Below are positions 35,862-45,770 of a stretch of DNA of 64,000 bases, piece after piece. Source of the stretch: an uncultured archaeon. GTDB lineage: Archaea; Altiarchaeota; Altiarchaeia; IMC4; QMZM01. The notes beneath the pieces are model-generated. The model made no database searches. It was not told where the DNA came from and was given only the letters and a program-made list of their open reading frames with translations. Numbering within the stretch: position 1 is the stretch's first letter; every line of letters starts with the position of its first letter. Both the position numbers and the translations under genes were made by a program. Location of the stretch: the NCBI GenBank assembly GCA_964549685.1, contig CAZJVE010000003.1:1-64000 (forward strand), given 5' to 3'.

Positions 35862-36133
35862 TCTTCTTTTTCCTCCTCCGCAGGAATTTCCTCCCGGACA
35901 AGCTCGCCCTCGGCCAGAATTTTTATTGCCTCCAGGGGACATACCTCCATGCAGATTCCACAGCCGGTGCATGGGGCATCGAACTCCGCCATGGCCTTGA
36001 CTATCCTTATGACGCTACCGCTGTCGCCGATGCCATATCCTGCCTTGGTTGAGAGCGATGCTGAATTTGGACAGGCAACAACGCAGTTCGCGCATCCTAT
36101 GCAAAGGTCCTTGTCTATTTTAACCCTAAACAT
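35858..36133 (-). CDS. fwdG: Formylmethanofuran dehydrogenase ferredoxin subunit G
   Basis: CIGCANCVVACP and CTGCGICMEVCP in fwd context. Confidence 0.8.
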   Translation of the reverse strand: MFRVKIDKDLCIGCANCVVACPNSASLSTKAGYGIGDSGSVIRIVKAMAEFDAPCTGCGICMEVCPLEAIKILAEGELVREEIPAEEEKEE

Positions 36134-36954
36134 TTTTTTATCAGGCTTTCTGCACTTATCTGATGATACTGAACCCCCAACTCATTGGGATGGAAGCCAA
36201 ATGCAATTGCAATGAGCTCGGGGTAGTAAAAAACTGGGAGTTCCATCCCGAGTCTCTTCTGGGCCAGTTCGTACTGGAGGAAACATAGCGGACAGGGGGT
36301 GCAAAGTGCATCCGCCCCTGATTCCTTCAGCTCGTTGAGCTTTAATTCAACAAGGTCGTTTGCTACCTCCTGGTCGACTGCCGCAAGGGCTGAACCGCAG
36401 CATAAGTCCCTGTGAGGGTATTCGACAACCTCCAATCCTATCATTTTTACCAGGTCGTCCATCCGTTCAATGCAGTAATCCATTACCTTGGACGGCCTCT
36501 GGATGTGGCAGCCGTCATGGATTGCGACCTTCATCTTCATGGGGAACTGGATTAATTCTCTGGCCCTGTCAATGTTCTCGTGGATGAAATTCACTATGTG
36601 CCTGACATCGTTTTTGCCCTCGTAGCTCAGGCCTATCTTCTTGAGTTCCTTGTTGACCTCGTTCCTCTTCTTCTCGTCCTGGAGTAAATGCTTCGCATCC
36701 AGTAGTGTGCCGCTGCAGCCAGAGCAGAGCGCTATTATGTCGAGGTTCTCCTTCTCTGCGAGGGCGAGGTTCCTTGCCGCTATCGCAAGCCAGGTTTCCT
36801 CATCCATTGACTTCATGTGGGTGTTTGGGCAGCATGAAAACTCCAGGTATCTGGGTTCAACCCCCAGTTTCTTCAATACCTCTACCGATGCCTTTTCAAG
36901 CCATGGTAGCTTCGCAGGGATGAAGCATCCTGTGAATAGTGCATGGGGTTTCAT
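36115..36954 (-). CDS. hdrB: Heterodisulfide reductase subunit B
   Basis: FTGC, SCCP, AARNLALA, CSGC, HDGCH, CCGS, CPLCFLQY. Confidence 0.9.
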   Translation of the reverse strand: MKPHALFTGCFIPAKLPWLEKASVEVLKKLGVEPRYLEFSCCPNTHMKSMDEETWLAIAARNLALAEKENLDIIALCSGCSGTLLDAKHLLQDEKKRNEVNKELKKIGLSYEGKNDVRHIVNFIHENIDRARELIQFPMKMKVAIHDGCHIQRPSKVMDYCIERMDDLVKMIGLEVVEYPHRDLCCGSALAAVDQEVANDLVELKLNELKESGADALCTPCPLCFLQYELAQKRLGMELPVFYYPELIAIAFGFHPNELGVQYHQISAESLIKKCLGLK

Positions 36955-37415
36955 TCTGTCTTGATTTTGGATAGTTTCTTCAGGTCCTCGGGCCTTGGCT
37001 TCTTTATCTCCTCAAGCTTCAGTTCCTCCCTCCACCGGGCTGCCCGCCCTATTATCGGGAGGACAAGGCCGTCCTTCACTATTGTCGCTGCCAGGGATTT
37101 TATCCTGCCAGGACACTGATGGCCCGATTCACGGGCGTGATTCCTTGCTGCTATGAAGAGCTCGTCCGGGTCGACTCCCTTGGGGCACATCTCAGAGCAT
37201 GAATGGCATGTTGTGCATAACCATAGCTGGTCCGAGTCAAGGACTTCCTCATCTTCAATGAGGAGCCTATATATGGTCTTCCTCGGGGAGTGCTCCTCCC
37301 GGACATAACCTATCGGACAGACAGAGCCGCATTCCCCGCACTGGAGGCACTTGCCCATTATCTTCTCCGACTCCTCTTCTATGAGCTTCCTGAACTTACT
37401 CTTCCTTTTTTCCAT
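36951..37415 (-). CDS. hdrC: Heterodisulfide reductase subunit C
   Basis: CLQCGECGSVCP, LWLCTTCHSCSEMCPKGV. Confidence 0.88.
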   Translation of the reverse strand: MEKRKSKFRKLIEEESEKIMGKCLQCGECGSVCPIGYVREEHSPRKTIYRLLIEDEEVLDSDQLWLCTTCHSCSEMCPKGVDPDELFIAARNHARESGHQCPGRIKSLAATIVKDGLVLPIIGRAARWREELKLEEIKKPRPEDLKKLSKIKTE

Positions 37416-38001
37416 CCTTGTCGAAATTCTCAAGCTTTATCTCACCGAGGAACTTCTCCCTCAGCCTTTTCATTATCCTGGTTTCAGGGTCCTTTTTGCA
37501 GACAATCTTGATTCTCTTAAGCGCTATCGCACTGGAAGGGCATCCAAGAGCGCAGGCGCCGCAGTAGGTGCATTTGTCAAGGTCAATCTCCACCTCCTTG
37601 GTAATCTTTATCGCATCCTCCCTGCAGAGAACCTCACATACATCACAGAGCTTGGGGCATTTTTCCTGTTCGACTGAAATCTTGCCCTCGAATTCCATCT
37701 CCTTGGGAATTCCTTCGTTCTCGACTATAAGGATCCTCTCCTCGCCGTTTATCATTGTTTTGAATGCCTTTTTGATGCAGATTGCTGCGCAGACTCCGCA
37801 GAGAACGCACTTGTCCTTGTCGAATTTCAGGGGTGGTTCTGAAATGTCCTCTTTTACCGATGCGCCTATCGGGTTCAGCTCCAGGGCCTCTTTCGGACAC
37901 GCCTGAACGCAGAGAGCGCATCCGTTGCACTTCTCCCCGTCATAGAGCAGCTGGACCCTTTCCTGCCACATCTCGATTGACTTTAACTCCTCGTGGGTCA
38001 T
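37396..38001 (-). CDS. fwdF: Polyferredoxin, short FwdF-like
   Basis: Four ferredoxin-type Cys motifs; ATG overlaps hdrA stop. Confidence 0.72.
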   Translation of the reverse strand: MTHEELKSIEMWQERVQLLYDGEKCNGCALCVQACPKEALELNPIGASVKEDISEPPLKFDKDKCVLCGVCAAICIKKAFKTMINGEERILIVENEGIPKEMEFEGKISVEQEKCPKLCDVCEVLCREDAIKITKEVEIDLDKCTYCGACALGCPSSAIALKRIKIVCKKDPETRIMKRLREKFLGEIKLENFDKDGKKEE

Positions 38002-40418
38002 TTTATCGCGCCCTCCTTTTTCAGCTTCTCCAAGGTGCTGGTTAATTCTTTCATGAGTCCTGCGAATTCCGCTCCCTCGGAGGCTGATATCCATGCGAGC
38101 CTGAATCTTCGTGAATCGATGCCCTTCTCCTCCAGGGCCTTTTCATACTTGTCTATTCTCTTCTCGCACTCGAAGTTTCCTGAAATATAATGGCAGTCGT
38201 GCAGGTGGCAACCAGTAAGTGCAACAATTCCGGCCCCCAGCTCCAATGCCCGGTCTATGAATTTGGTAGCTACCCTTCCGGAGCACATGACCCTTATTAC
38301 GCGAAGGTTCTCGGGGTATTTGAATCTGGAGACTCCTGCCGTGTCCGCTCCTCCATAGGAGCACCAGTTGCATAGGAATCCAAGGATTTTGTCCTGGGGA
38401 TTCTCTTTCAGTGCCGCCTCTATCTGGGAGAATATCTGCTCGTCGGTGAAGCCCCGCTGCTGCAATGCATCCTTGGGGCAGATGGCAACACAAGTGCCGC
38501 AGCCCTTGCAGGCGGCAGGGATTATCTCCACGGGCTTGCCCTTCTCGTGCCTTATTGCGCTGTAGGGACAGTACTTGGCGCATAAACCGCAGCTTATGCA
38601 GAGCTCCGGGTTTACCTCCGCTATGATTGAGTCGGGTTCAACGAAACCCCTGCTCATCGGGATTGCGGCTCCTGCTGCCGCGGCTCTTGCCTGTGATACC
38701 GATGCGGGAATGTCCTTGGGTCCCTGGGCAGCTCCGGCAAGGAATACGCCGTCCGTCGGAGTATCGACAGGCCTCAGCTTTGGGTGGGCCTCCATGAAGA
38801 ACCCGTCTCCTGTGCAGGAGATGTTCAGCTTTCTCTGGAGCTCCTTTGCGTCATCGGTTGGCTCAGCCCCTGAGGAGAGAATTACCATGTCCAGCTTCAT
38901 CTCCTTAATCTTTCCGGAGAGGGTGTCATCAACCCTGATTATAAGTTTGCCATCCATGTCCTGTATTACATTAGAGGGCCTTCCGCGGATGAATTTCACG
39001 CCCTTGTTCCTCAGCCGCTCATAGAACTCCTCGTAGTCCTTTCCGAATGAGCGGACGTCCATGTAGAATATGTAGATGTCCAGGTCGGGATACTTCTCCT
39101 TGAGCTGGGTTGCGTGCTTCATCGCATACATGCAGCAGAAGTTCGAACAGTAGGGGTTTTCCTCGTTCCTTGAGCCGACGCACTGGATGATGCCCACGCT
39201 CTTCGGCTTCTCACCGTTCTTCAGGGTTACCTTGCCCTGCGTTGGGCCTGAGGCGTTGATAATTCTCTCGAAGTCGATTCCTGTAAGGACGTTATCGTAT
39301 TTGCCGTAGCCGTATTCTCCCGTAGCATCGTGGTCCTTGAATCCAGTGGCGGCTATTATCGTTCCGACCTCCAGGTCTATTATCTCGTCCTCCTGGTCGA
39401 AATCCACGGCTTCCCTTTCGCAGACCTTCTCGCAGAGGCCACATTCTATGCACGAGTCCTTGTCTATCGTCGCTGTCAACGGAACCGCCTGAGGGAAAGA
39501 GATGTAGCAGGCCTTTCTTGGTCCCGTGCCCCTGTCGAATTCGTTCTTGCAGATTACGGGGCATACCTCCCAGCACTCGCCGCAGCCGTTGCAGTCCTCG
39601 TTGGTATAGCGGGCCTTCTTCCTCACCTTCACACTGAAATTCCCGATGTAGCCCTCGACGCTCTCCACCTCCGAATATGCCAGTAACTCTATGTTCGGGT
39701 GGTTGCCGACATCTGACATTTTAGGACCAAGGATGCAAATGGAACAATCTATTGTGGGGAAAGTCTTGTCCAGCATCGCCATGTGCCCTCCGATAGATGG
39801 GTTCTTCTCAACAAGGTATGTTTTGAATCCCATATCCGCCAAATCCAGTGCTGATTGAATCCCTGCAACTCCGGCCCCTATGACGAGGGCCTTCTTAGTT
39901 ACGGGGGAGCGTATCTTCGGCAGGGGCATGAGGTGCCTTGCCTTTGACACGGCCATGGCGACCAGGTCCTTTGCCTTCTCTGTTGCCTTGGCCTTGTCCT
40001 CATGGACCCATGAGCAATGCTCCCTGATGTTAGCCATCTCGAACATGTACCGGTTCAGGCCAGCCGCTTCTATGCACTTTCTGAAGGTCGGTTCATGAAG
40101 CCTTGGAGAGCATGATGCTACGACGACCCTGTCGAGGTCAAGCTCCTTTATGTCCTGCTTTATCTCCTCCTGTCCAGAGTCGGAGCAGGTGTATTTGTTT
40201 TCCCGGGCTATTACGACGCCGTTTAGCTTGGAGGCGAATTCAGTAACGGCCTTGCAGTCGACCACCGAGGCGATGTTAAGGCCGCAGTCGCAGACATAGA
40301 CGCCAATCTTTGGCTTCTCCTTGCCAGTGACAAGGTGTCCTTTATGTACGGGGATGTCCCCTATTGAGAGCTTCGGGCCCTTTTTAGCCTTCTTCGATGT
40401 AGATTTCGCCTTTGCCAT
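37998..40418 (-). CDS. hdrA: HdrA-MvhD fusion (flavin electron-bifurcating subunit)
   Basis: [48 protein letters not shown]; C-terminal [21 protein letters not shown] (MvhD). Confidence 0.95.
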   Translation of the reverse strand: MAKAKSTSKKAKKGPKLSIGDIPVHKGHLVTGKEKPKIGVYVCDCGLNIASVVDCKAVTEFASKLNGVVIARENKYTCSDSGQEEIKQDIKELDLDRVVVASCSPRLHEPTFRKCIEAAGLNRYMFEMANIREHCSWVHEDKAKATEKAKDLVAMAVSKARHLMPLPKIRSPVTKKALVIGAGVAGIQSALDLADMGFKTYLVEKNPSIGGHMAMLDKTFPTIDCSICILGPKMSDVGNHPNIELLAYSEVESVEGYIGNFSVKVRKKARYTNEDCNGCGECWEVCPVICKNEFDRGTGPRKACYISFPQAVPLTATIDKDSCIECGLCEKVCEREAVDFDQEDEIIDLEVGTIIAATGFKDHDATGEYGYGKYDNVLTGIDFERIINASGPTQGKVTLKNGEKPKSVGIIQCVGSRNEENPYCSNFCCMYAMKHATQLKEKYPDLDIYIFYMDVRSFGKDYEEFYERLRNKGVKFIRGRPSNVIQDMDGKLIIRVDDTLSGKIKEMKLDMVILSSGAEPTDDAKELQRKLNISCTGDGFFMEAHPKLRPVDTPTDGVFLAGAAQGPKDIPASVSQARAAAAGAAIPMSRGFVEPDSIIAEVNPELCISCGLCAKYCPYSAIRHEKGKPVEIIPAACKGCGTCVAICPKDALQQRGFTDEQIFSQIEAALKENPQDKILGFLCNWCSYGGADTAGVSRFKYPENLRVIRVMCSGRVATKFIDRALELGAGIVALTGCHLHDCHYISGNFECEKRIDKYEKALEEKGIDSRRFRLAWISASEGAEFAGLMKELTSTLEKLKKEGAIK

Positions 40419-41124
40419 TCTCGGACAGGTCACCTATATATTTATTGCCTTCCTTTTTGAAGGAGGGAAGCATTTCCTCCGCCTTGCCTTTTATCGTGAT
40501 TCTGCCGGCCTCCATCTCGGCCCCGGCTCTTGCTCCAGAATTCCCATCGACGATGATTTCACCGTCCTGCATCCTGAAGCCCAGGAACTGCCCGGCATTG
40601 CCATGAACGGAAATCTTCCCCCCAAGCATGCATGTTCCAAGGTTGTCTCCGACGTTGCCGTGGATTATTATCTCCCCGGCCTTCATGCCCTTCCAAGCGC
40701 CCCTGTAGGCGGAGCCGATGAAGTTTCGAGCGTTGCCTTTGATTTCTATCCTGCCGTCTTTCATCTCCATCCCGGCCCAGGAGTCGGCATTCCCTTCCAC
40801 CATGATTTTGCCGCCACTCATTCTGGAACCGAGGTGCATTCCCACATTGCCCTTGACCAGAATTTCCCCGCCAGTCATTGCCTGGCCGATTCTTTTGACC
40901 CTAGAGCAGTCACCCTCTATGACTATTTTTATTTCAGTGGATTTATCTGACTTTTCCCCATGGATGTCGAAGTACCTGCCCAGCTTCCCGGCCTGGTTGC
41001 CCGCATAGACGTTCATGTCTTCTATCTCCTTCATGGTCTTCCCTGCGAATTTATCGGGTGAGATGCAGTCGGCTTCCAGCCCCGTTGACGGGATTTCCTT
41101 TGCCCTCAGTATTATTTCAGCCAT
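40384..41124 (-). CDS. fwdC: Formylmethanofuran dehydrogenase subunit C
   Basis: GXGXG beta-helix repeats (GxxMxGGxIxVxGN), [10 protein letters not shown]. Confidence 0.93.
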   Translation of the reverse strand: MAEIILRAKEIPSTGLEADCISPDKFAGKTMKEIEDMNVYAGNQAGKLGRYFDIHGEKSDKSTEIKIVIEGDCSRVKRIGQAMTGGEILVKGNVGMHLGSRMSGGKIMVEGNADSWAGMEMKDGRIEIKGNARNFIGSAYRGAWKGMKAGEIIIHGNVGDNLGTCMLGGKISVHGNAGQFLGFRMQDGEIIVDGNSGARAGAEMEAGRITIKGKAEEMLPSFKKEGNKYIGDLSENGKGEIYIEEG

Positions 41125-42745
41125 TTGTCTTCACCTCCACCGGATTTGGGAGGTACTCCATGCCGACCCCATAGTTCCCAACGTTCACTGTATAGTATAG
41201 GAATCTCTTCCTGATGTCCTCTTCTATGTCGACCTTTACCTTTGGACAGACATAGTAGGTCTTTCCTATCGCTGAATCTACGACCTTTCCGCCCTTCACC
41301 ACAATCTTCCCGTCCTTTATCGTACACGATGCTGAGGAGAATGCCTTCTCTATCTTCTTGCCATCCCTCTCCCCCGGACCGATATCATATATTGCAATGT
41401 TTGCGGGGTTCCCCTCCTTCAGGGAGAGGTCAAGGCCCAGCCTCTTCGCGGGACCAGCTCTGGTCATTATTGCTATTTCCTCAAGAGTTAATTCCCTGTC
41501 CAGCGAACCGAGTCCAGTCCTGCTTGATGCCCACTTGTGGCTTCTTTCCATAGTTCCGTCCCTATACTTTTTACTCATCAGCCAGGCTATAATCTTTGGG
41601 TAATGGGTAAAGACCCCTGCATTTGGATTGTCCGTTGTTATGAAAGCCTGCCAGGGGTTCTTGATTCCTAGAGCGAGCTCGAGCCCGATGGTCCACTGTA
41701 CCGAGTTAACGCCGGATTTCCTGCTGTAGTAGTAAGGGACAACGCCGCCGCTGGTTTCATTCTCTACGTCTCCATTGCTCCACTTCTGCCTGTTTATCAG
41801 GGAGAGACCGAATTCAAACGGGGCGTCAGCCGTCATGGTCGTTACATCCCCGTAGACGACCTGACCCAGGTCAATGCTGATGTCCTTATTCCTGTTTACC
41901 GCCATTGCGAGTTTCTCCGCCCCTGAGCTGAACGTCTTCCATGAGTCCCCGCCATAGGAGCTGAACTGCAGATGCGTAATGTGCAGGGGGGAGAATTTCA
42001 TCGTCTTTATCGCTGTTTCAAAGTTCCCAGGATGCCCGAGGTTGTTCGTATGCAGATGCACCGGGTGGGGGAGCTTCAGTTCCCTGTTGATTCTGATTAG
42101 CTCCTTGATAATCTCGGCAGGAGTTACCTCAAAGTATGGTACAGGGTCATCAAGGGATTTGACGTTCTTGCCCCAGCCCCATGCGAAGGTTCCACCGGGG
42201 TTCGCCGCCTTTATACCATAGGTCTTTGTCCTTGAGAGCATCCATGCTATGAGCGATGTTGCCTTTTCCTTCTCTCCCTTGGAGATGTACTCTATGAGCT
42301 GGTGGTTATTGCCAAGGAGGAGGAGACCCAGCTTGTCTATTATTGGGGTATCGATGAATTCCTCATGGGTGTGGATGGCCGTTAATGGAGGAACCGCTGG
42401 CTCATTCACAGTAGTATAGCCCATCTCCGCATACTTATAGCCGGTTGCCCATGTGCTTGGAACGATAAAACCAGACCCGGCCCTGAATTTGCCCCTTGCC
42501 GGAATTTCGTTTCCCAGATGGTCCTCAGGCCGGAATAAGCGCCCCATGTTTACCTTGGCCCCTGCGAAATGGGAGTGTATGTCCACACCCCCTGGGAAGA
42601 CGGCCTTGCCTGATGCGTCTATTGTCTTTGCATTCTTCTGAGCCTTAGCTGCTATCTTCCCCCCGCTAATGAAGATGTCCTTCTCTTCCCCATTGAGTCC
42701 GTTGAGGGGGTCGAAGACCCGGCCGTTCCTGATTACGAGGTCCAT
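41117..42745 (-). CDS. fwdA: Formylmethanofuran dehydrogenase subunit A
   Basis: GGVDIHSH, RPEDH, HLHTNNLG, HITHLQF; TTDNPN in place of the usual TTDHPN. Confidence 0.93.
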   Translation of the reverse strand: MDLVIRNGRVFDPLNGLNGEEKDIFISGGKIAAKAQKNAKTIDASGKAVFPGGVDIHSHFAGAKVNMGRLFRPEDHLGNEIPARGKFRAGSGFIVPSTWATGYKYAEMGYTTVNEPAVPPLTAIHTHEEFIDTPIIDKLGLLLLGNNHQLIEYISKGEKEKATSLIAWMLSRTKTYGIKAANPGGTFAWGWGKNVKSLDDPVPYFEVTPAEIIKELIRINRELKLPHPVHLHTNNLGHPGNFETAIKTMKFSPLHITHLQFSSYGGDSWKTFSSGAEKLAMAVNRNKDISIDLGQVVYGDVTTMTADAPFEFGLSLINRQKWSNGDVENETSGGVVPYYYSRKSGVNSVQWTIGLELALGIKNPWQAFITTDNPNAGVFTHYPKIIAWLMSKKYRDGTMERSHKWASSRTGLGSLDRELTLEEIAIMTRAGPAKRLGLDLSLKEGNPANIAIYDIGPGERDGKKIEKAFSSASCTIKDGKIVVKGGKVVDSAIGKTYYVCPKVKVDIEEDIRKRFLYYTVNVGNYGVGMEYLPNPVEVKTNG

Positions 42746-42844
42746 GTTTTTGGCATGATTTTTCCATATAGATAGCAGAACCCAGGTTAAAATATAGGGT
42801 TAGATGCTTTATTTGAATAAGCATATCCGGAAAAAAACAAGGAC

Positions 42845-43258
42845 TTACTTGTGCTTCTCTATCTCGCCCTTCTGCCATTCAACTGCAGCTTCGCCCTTCA
42901 TGAGATTGTTCACATCATCAGGGCTGCTCATCTCAATCTTGAATACCCAGCCCTCTCCGTAGGGGTCCTTGTTGATGGTGGTGGGGTCATCATACAGCTT
43001 CTCATTCGTCGCGGAAACCTTTCCTGAGACCGGGGCAAACATCTTTCCAACCCACTTGCCTGTTTCTATCGTTCCGACCTCGCCGTCCTGGGAAACCTCA
43101 TCTCCATCAAAGGGCATCTCGACATAGCTAACGTCTCCCGCCATCTTCTGCGCAAAGTCCGTAAAGCCAATAGTAGCAACGTTTCCTTCAATCTTCGCCC
43201 ACATGTATTCCTTGTGATAATAAAGGTCATCGGGCATATTGTATCCTTCAACGTCCAT
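42845..43258 (-). CDS. Lipoyl-carrier protein, GcvH/LbpA-like
   Basis: GFTDFAQ, IETGKWVG lipoyl-Lys motif, INKDPYGEGW. Confidence 0.85.
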   Translation of the reverse strand: MDVEGYNMPDDLYYHKEYMWAKIEGNVATIGFTDFAQKMAGDVSYVEMPFDGDEVSQDGEVGTIETGKWVGKMFAPVSGKVSATNEKLYDDPTTINKDPYGEGWVFKIEMSSPDDVNNLMKGEAAVEWQKGEIEKHK

Positions 43259-43317
43259 TTTATCTCATCAGATCGTAATTATTATTAAGAACTGAGAATA
43301 AATAAAACTGAATCCAA

Positions 43318-43515
43318 ATGGCAGACATACCTCTAGCATCGGTAGAACGCCTGATGAGAAAGGCAGGAGCTGATAGGGTTAGCGTTGACGGGGCAAAGGA
43401 GCTGAGAGACACTCTGGAAGAGATTGGTAAGGGGATTAGCGAGAGAGCAGCAAAGTTCGCAAAGCACGCCGGCAGAAAGACGGTCAAGGCAGAGGACGTG
43501 AAGCTTGCAAAATAG
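43318..43515 (+). CDS. Archaeal histone (HMfA/B family)
   Basis: PLASVERLMRKAGADRVS, AKHAGRKTVKAEDV. Confidence 0.95.
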   Translation: MADIPLASVERLMRKAGADRVSVDGAKELRDTLEEIGKGISERAAKFAKHAGRKTVKAEDVKLAK

Positions 43516-43547
43516 ATTTAAAGTCCCGAATTCTAATCTCTAACAGG

Positions 43548-44012
43548 ATGCAATCAAATTCCGGAAAGGCCCAGTCATCTGTCGAATATTCAATAATCTA
43601 CAGCCTTGGTGTTGTGGTGATAATTCTTGCCATTATTATCGTGTGGCGGATGGATGCCTTCACTCCGGAGGCCCCGCTGAAGGGAAATGCCGGCTTCTCC
43701 CAGCTCGAGATTACGGATCAGGCAGCCTACGTGGACTCGAGCAGGCTTGTTCTTGCTGTGAGAAATGATGCAGGCAATGATATTAAGGTTACAAGGACTG
43801 ATGCCAACATCGAGAGTATATACTGCTACAACTCTTCCCCGATTACAATGACTCCGGGAATGAAAACGCTTGCAGACCTGAGGTGCTCAGATTTTCCAGA
43901 CGACTATGTTGGGGGATCTTACTACAGGGCCAATGTAACCATAAATTACACAAACCTTGAAACGGGGAATATCCACTACAGCAAGGGCATGGTGTGGGGT
44001 GGGGTTGAATAG
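43548..44012 (+). CDS. Pilin-like protein with class III signal peptide
   Basis: KA/QSSVEY followed by a hydrophobic helix; several N-x-S/T sequons. Confidence 0.7.
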   Translation: MQSNSGKAQSSVEYSIIYSLGVVVIILAIIIVWRMDAFTPEAPLKGNAGFSQLEITDQAAYVDSSRLVLAVRNDAGNDIKVTRTDANIESIYCYNSSPITMTPGMKTLADLRCSDFPDDYVGGSYYRANVTINYTNLETGNIHYSKGMVWGGVE

Positions 44013-44043
44013 ATTTAATAACATAAAACAAAAATAATACGAA

Positions 44044-45072
44044 ATGGTAAAAGTAACGGTTGTTGGGGCATCCGGCTATCTTGGGGGTGAACTCCTCCGG
44101 GTTCTTGTGAATCATCCAAAGGTCAATGAGATAGAGGCTGTCTCAAGGACACATGCGGGGAAGGCAGTCTCTACAATACACAGTAATCTGGCGGACGTCT
44201 TTGACGAAAAATTTATGGATTTTAAGGCCGAGAAGATTGGCTCAGACGTTGTGTTCTTTGCCTCTCCCCCGGGGGAGTGGCTGAAGAAGGTCTCCATGCT
44301 TCTGGACAAGGGCATGAAGGTAATTACGCTGGGGGGGAAGTTCAGGATTCAGGATGCCGAGTTGGACGAGAGAATCTACCCCGACTATAAGAACAAAAGG
44401 CTCCTGGAGGAAAGGGTCTACGGTTTGCCTGAGGTATACAGAAAGGAGATAAAGAATGCAAGATTTGTTACAAACCCCGGCTGCTATCCAACCTCCGTAA
44501 TCCTCGCCATGATGCCCCTGGCGAAGCTTGATGGGGATGTTGAGCTGGACAAGGTTGTGATAAACTCAGTCTCCGGAAGCTCCGGGGCCGGGGCAGACAC
44601 ATCCAAATTTTTACACCACCCGGAGGTCTCCGGGAATCTCAGGCCATACAAGCTATTTGTGCATAGACACAAACCGGAGATGGACTTCATCCTTGGGGAT
44701 GTGTTCAATGCAACGGTGAATGCCCTCTTCACCCCCTCGGTGGGGGACTTCGCGAGGGGAATTCTGAGCTATGTAACCGTCTTTTCGGCGGGAATCAATG
44801 AGAATTTAACAAAGCATTACAGGGAATTCTACGCCAAGGAGCCGTTCGTCAGGATTATCGACCAGGACATTGAGAACGTTCCAAATCTCAAGGACGTTAT
44901 TGGCACGAATTTCTGCGACGTTGGGGTGAATTTCAACTCTGACAGGATTATCATTCTGAGCGCGATAGACAACCTGCTGAAAGGGGGTTCAGGCCAGGCA
45001 GTCCAGAACATGAACCTGATGCTCGGCTTTGATGAAAAGGCGGGGCTGAACCTGGTCGGGGGGCGTCCCTAA
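44044..45072 (+). CDS. argC: N-acetyl-gamma-glutamyl-phosphate reductase
   Basis: GASGYLG, YGLPE, NPGCYPT, SGSSGAG, DNLLKGGSGQAVQN. Confidence 0.92.
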   Translation: MVKVTVVGASGYLGGELLRVLVNHPKVNEIEAVSRTHAGKAVSTIHSNLADVFDEKFMDFKAEKIGSDVVFFASPPGEWLKKVSMLLDKGMKVITLGGKFRIQDAELDERIYPDYKNKRLLEERVYGLPEVYRKEIKNARFVTNPGCYPTSVILAMMPLAKLDGDVELDKVVINSVSGSSGAGADTSKFLHHPEVSGNLRPYKLFVHRHKPEMDFILGDVFNATVNALFTPSVGDFARGILSYVTVFSAGINENLTKHYREFYAKEPFVRIIDQDIENVPNLKDVIGTNFCDVGVNFNSDRIIILSAIDNLLKGGSGQAVQNMNLMLGFDEKAGLNLVGGRP

Positions 45073-45113
45073 AGCATATTTTAACCCTTAATCGAATAAA
45101 TAAAAACTTTAAG

Positions 45114-45536
45114 ATGGCAATAGCAAACTTCAGGCTTGAGAAGATAGCCGGTGAGAGAAATGATAAGGATGCGAAGAACGTAGAAGTAGTCTCGAACTTT
45201 AAGATAAGGTCCATGAGTAAGGAGAAGAACAAACGGATGGGCGATTATCTCAGGGTGAATTTTGAGTTCGACATAAGCTACAAACCCTCTCTCGGCAAGA
45301 TTGAGATGGAGGGCGTCCTCTGGTATCAGGATTCTGACCTCAACAAGAACGTGAAGGACAAGGGGAAGAAGTTCGAGCTGGATTCCAAGGTAGTGAAGGA
45401 GATTTCCACCGCAATCATAAGGGAGTCGCTACTGGAGTCTCTTGACGTGTCGAAAAAGCTGAGGCTTCCAGCGCCGATAAGGCTGCCCAAGGTCAACGTG
45501 GAACCAAAGCAGGTGGAGTTTCTGAAGGCTTCGTGA
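45114..45536 (+). CDS. Conserved archaeal hypothetical protein
   Basis: Clean ORF with host-like codon usage; no recognised catalytic motif. Confidence 0.65.
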   Translation: MAIANFRLEKIAGERNDKDAKNVEVVSNFKIRSMSKEKNKRMGDYLRVNFEFDISYKPSLGKIEMEGVLWYQDSDLNKNVKDKGKKFELDSKVVKEISTAIIRESLLESLDVSKKLRLPAPIRLPKVNVEPKQVEFLKAS

Positions 45537-45631
45537 GTTTCCTGATGCACATCTAATTCTGGGGAATTCCTTTGTGTTAATGGACAATTCTTGCTAGTTA
45601 GTTATTTATTCCAGAAATAGTATATTATCAT

Positions 45632-45769
45632 ATGGTGGAGGGCCTGTGCGACATCTGCGGCGGGGCAGCAGCGATTCAAAGCTGCAAGCTCTGCGGAAAG
45701 AGGATATGTTCTTCGTGCATGACCGAGAGAGGGGTCTGTAAGGTCTGTCTGTCAGGGATGAAATACTAA
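45632..45769 (+). CDS. Small 8-Cys zinc-finger protein (45 aa, not in ORF track)
   Basis: MVEGLCDICGGAAAIQSCKLCGKRICSSCMTERGVCKVCLSGMKY; four CxxC; ends 1 nt before next ATG. Confidence 0.75.
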   Translation: MVEGLCDICGGAAAIQSCKLCGKRICSSCMTERGVCKVCLSGMKY

Positions 45770-45770
45770 A

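Noticed and set aside
33020-40418. Selenocysteine recoding in FwdB, HdrA or MvhD
   Set aside because: The usual Sec positions are Cys ([22 protein letters not shown]) and the ORFs are uninterrupted.
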